From NCBI GenBank assembly GCA_040954595.2, contig CM082594.2, positions 9,193,612 to 9,257,611 of the forward strand: a DNA stretch of 64,000 bases, in the 5' to 3' direction. This DNA is from Balanoglossus misakiensis. Lineage: Eukaryota; Animalia; Hemichordata. The translations under genes were made by a program, and so were the position numbers. Within the stretch, counting starts at the first letter, position 1. Each line of letters starts with the position of its first letter. The notes below the pieces were generated by a model. That model worked only from the letters and a program-made list of their open reading frames with translations, was not told where the DNA came from and ran no database searches. Below, piece after piece: positions 61,500 to 64,000 of this stretch.

Positions 61500-63449
61500 C
61501 ATCATCATCATCACACCATCGTCATCATCGCCATCACCACCTGGTTGTTCTGTCGCGAACACACCCCAATGATATTGTAAGAGTAATACTAACCAGTTGA
61601 TTACTGATGCCCCAGTATGCGTCGAAATAGAAGACTTTAGCAGAGCCAGGTTGATACTCAGCATTGAACTTGGTTCCGTGGATTGTCAGTCTGAAAACAT
61701 AAACAATTCAACGTTACCATATCTCCTCAGTTGACGGGGTATTTTCCAATAGACCCTTTTCCGAACCCCACGAGACTCTGAGAGATCTCTGTACTTTAAA
61801 TTGATTATTCACCTGTCATATGCACAGTCGGTGGTCGATACCGTGGTGTCCGCGCTGTCTGGAATCAACCAATTGAAGCGAGGATCGGTTCTGTAGCTGA
61901 TACTGTCCCAATCACCAGGCCCGACATAACTGCAGTCGGCGTTATAATCTCCACCAATCAGAATGTCCTAAATGAAATTAACAAGGATAGGCCTACAATC
62001 AATATGGCTGCCAACAAGGGCGGGGCAGGAACCAAATGAAATATTAAAAGTACTTTGTCAATTAGATGTGTCAACTTTTCGCCTACCTCTACACCCCAGT
62101 GACTCAAGATATCATCATTAACGACGGTCATGTGGTCAATTTCAGCAACGGCATCGTCCGGCTTGACGTGCGTGGCGCTGAAGACGAAATCTTTCAGATC
62201 TGAACGTAATATAGAAACAGTAGCCCAGTTTATGTGTCAAAAGCACAGTACACCAAGAGCATGTGGATGCGAACATGAACAATTTTATCACAGAATATAC
62301 AATGTCTTTTTTGAATTACACAAAATGTTGTCTTGTTTTGAAATGAATACAGAATGTGTTTACTTACTTGTAGTTGGTGAAGAAAATCTAACGTTGTGGT
62401 TCTCGCGTTCAAGGGTGTCTTTGGTATCGGCATAAGTGTAGCTGTCGAGTACGCTGACCACATCGTGTCTATAGGTGGACAAGCAAACCGCATGTAGTGT
62501 GTTACTGGTCGAAACTTACAGTAAATATTTGTGCCAGAAAATAATAATAATGCACCCACCTGTAGTAATATGCGTATTGCTCCTTGGACGAAGTACGACC
62601 CACACGTGGGCCAAGTTCAAGACTGTAGGCATTTCCGGACCTCCTGTGGAACATAATTTTTTAAACATCAACTAGTTGAATCTGAGACTTCAGCCAGAAA
62701 TCATATCACTAACCACTCACCAATATATACACTTCTTTTTAATGCGTCTTTGCTGTTTGGTTTTTACATTTGATCAGATTTACTACAACATATTCACAAA
62801 TGTCTATACCGTCCAATATAATCGGTAAAATTACTGTTTTAGATGGAGATGGAGAGACCGTAGATGGAACAACCATTTTGTATACATTCCTGGGTCACCG
62901 TTATGTTTGTGTCTTTGGCACACTAATGTCATATATGTACACTTACGCATTGATTTCGTCCAACAGTTCCCAAACGGCGATTTCGTCGATATCTCTAACC
63001 TCTTGCACAACACAAATGTCATAGAGAACGATAGTCTGTAACAAAAACATTTCAAAAAGCCATTTTACCCGTTAATAAGTAATTTCCCCTTTTAGAATAC
63101 ACGTTTTTATGTGCAAAAACTATATATCGTTCTCATATTCACTGTCCAATCTTAAACAGGCAATTTTAGGCCATACCTCGCGTTCCAAAGAACACTTTTA
63201 TCCTAGGTATTTAACTGTCAGAAACAGTCAGCGTGTTCATCGAAATGGAACTGAATCTATTAGACGTTTGAATTTCTCGCTAATGGCCCAAACAGAAGGC
63301 ATACTTACGTCGGCGATGACTACAACAACCTCAGGCTCGTCCATTTTGGATTTCCCGAAAACCTGAATGTTCCATGCTGATATTAAGATGGAAGATTCGA
63401 CAACATATGCCGAAATGGCAAACAGTAAGATCGCAGCGAGGACTCTCAT
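61343..63449 (-). CDS. DNASE1: Deoxyribonuclease I family, copy C (8 coding exons)
   Basis: ILISAWNIQVFG, VQEVRD, KEQYAYYYR, LERENHNVRF, THVKP, GDYNADCSYV, DTTVSTTDCAYDR, SDHYPVEMVIN*. Confidence 0.92.
61411..61540. repeat. (CAT)n microsatellite, about 29 perfect units plus a degenerate tail, in the last intron of DNase copy C
   Basis: Uninterrupted catcatcat from 61411 to about 61497; source of the poly-M and poly-I pseudo-ORFs. Confidence 0.95.
61748..61791. repeat. Second copy of the short dispersed element seen at 55932-55987
   Basis: aatagacccttttccgaaccccacgagactctgagagatctc. Confidence 0.65.
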
Positions 63450-64000
63450 GGTAGTATGCAGCTACTGTACCGATATCAAGATACTGACAAGTTTTGGCGA
63501 CAAAACCTCAAAAATACCAATAATGCAGGGCCTTTATTTTAATAATTTATCAAATGCAAATAAAATAAAATGAAATATGGCTGTTCACACGAGCACGCCA
63601 ATTTTGCTATTTGCAATAATCAACACGTGTCTATCACGGGTAGATTTTACAGTAAAAAGCTCCATCCACGTGGATAGTAGAAAAGTGGGTCAATTGAGTC
63701 AAGTTCGAATATGAACATCTTTATTCTAATCATCTTTTGATAATTGACTTCTCAAACTGCAACGTTGCTTGCGGCCGTTACTCAATAAGTTTGTTTTATA
63801 CTTTAGTATAATCATTTTCTTACTTTGATAACTGTCTCTGTTGTTATAGTAATGTGCTGGACGGGGTTTTCCAGGCCATGGTAAAATTAGTCAATTTTAT
63901 TAAAATTAAATAAAAATGTGATAGGTCCTACACTTTAAACTGCTAATAGTTGTTTTGGTGTCAGTCGGGTAGATTTCGAGATATCAAATAAAAATAGGGC

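Noticed and set aside
61318-61600. Poly-Met and poly-Ile/His ORFs
   Set aside because: Translations of the intronic (CAT)n microsatellite.

Overview
AT-rich, intron-containing animal genomic DNA, not prokaryotic. An achatin-type neuropeptide precursor with GFGN repeats points to a non-vertebrate deuterostome, probably a hemichordate (inference). I built gene models by hand from GT-AG splice sites and recognised protein motifs. In order: 5' exons of a CELF4-type gene (-); an intron-containing tRNA-Arg(TCT); a redox-inactive, membrane-anchored thioredoxin-fold protein (+); an intronless SDR (+); an INF2-like GBD/FH3-only formin with no FH1/FH2 (-), head-to-head with CDC42SE (+); SPPL2 (-) head-to-head with LSM7 (+); the achatin precursor (-, 9 x GFGN); a double-hotdog thioesterase ending in PTS1 (-); an unknown tail-anchored helical protein (-); and three tandem DNase I genes (-). 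The strongest leads are: a possible cryptic pyroGlu/sulfo-Tyr/amidated peptide at the achatin precursor C-terminus; the DID-only formin paired with a Cdc42 effector; mutually exclusive-looking exons plus an LEA-like 11-mer stalk in the thioredoxin protein; an SPPL2 cassette exon that would remove a lysosomal sorting signal; the peroxisome-targeted acyl-ACP/4HBT-type thioesterase; and nuclear-receptor DR1 motifs on three stop codons. No database searches were run.
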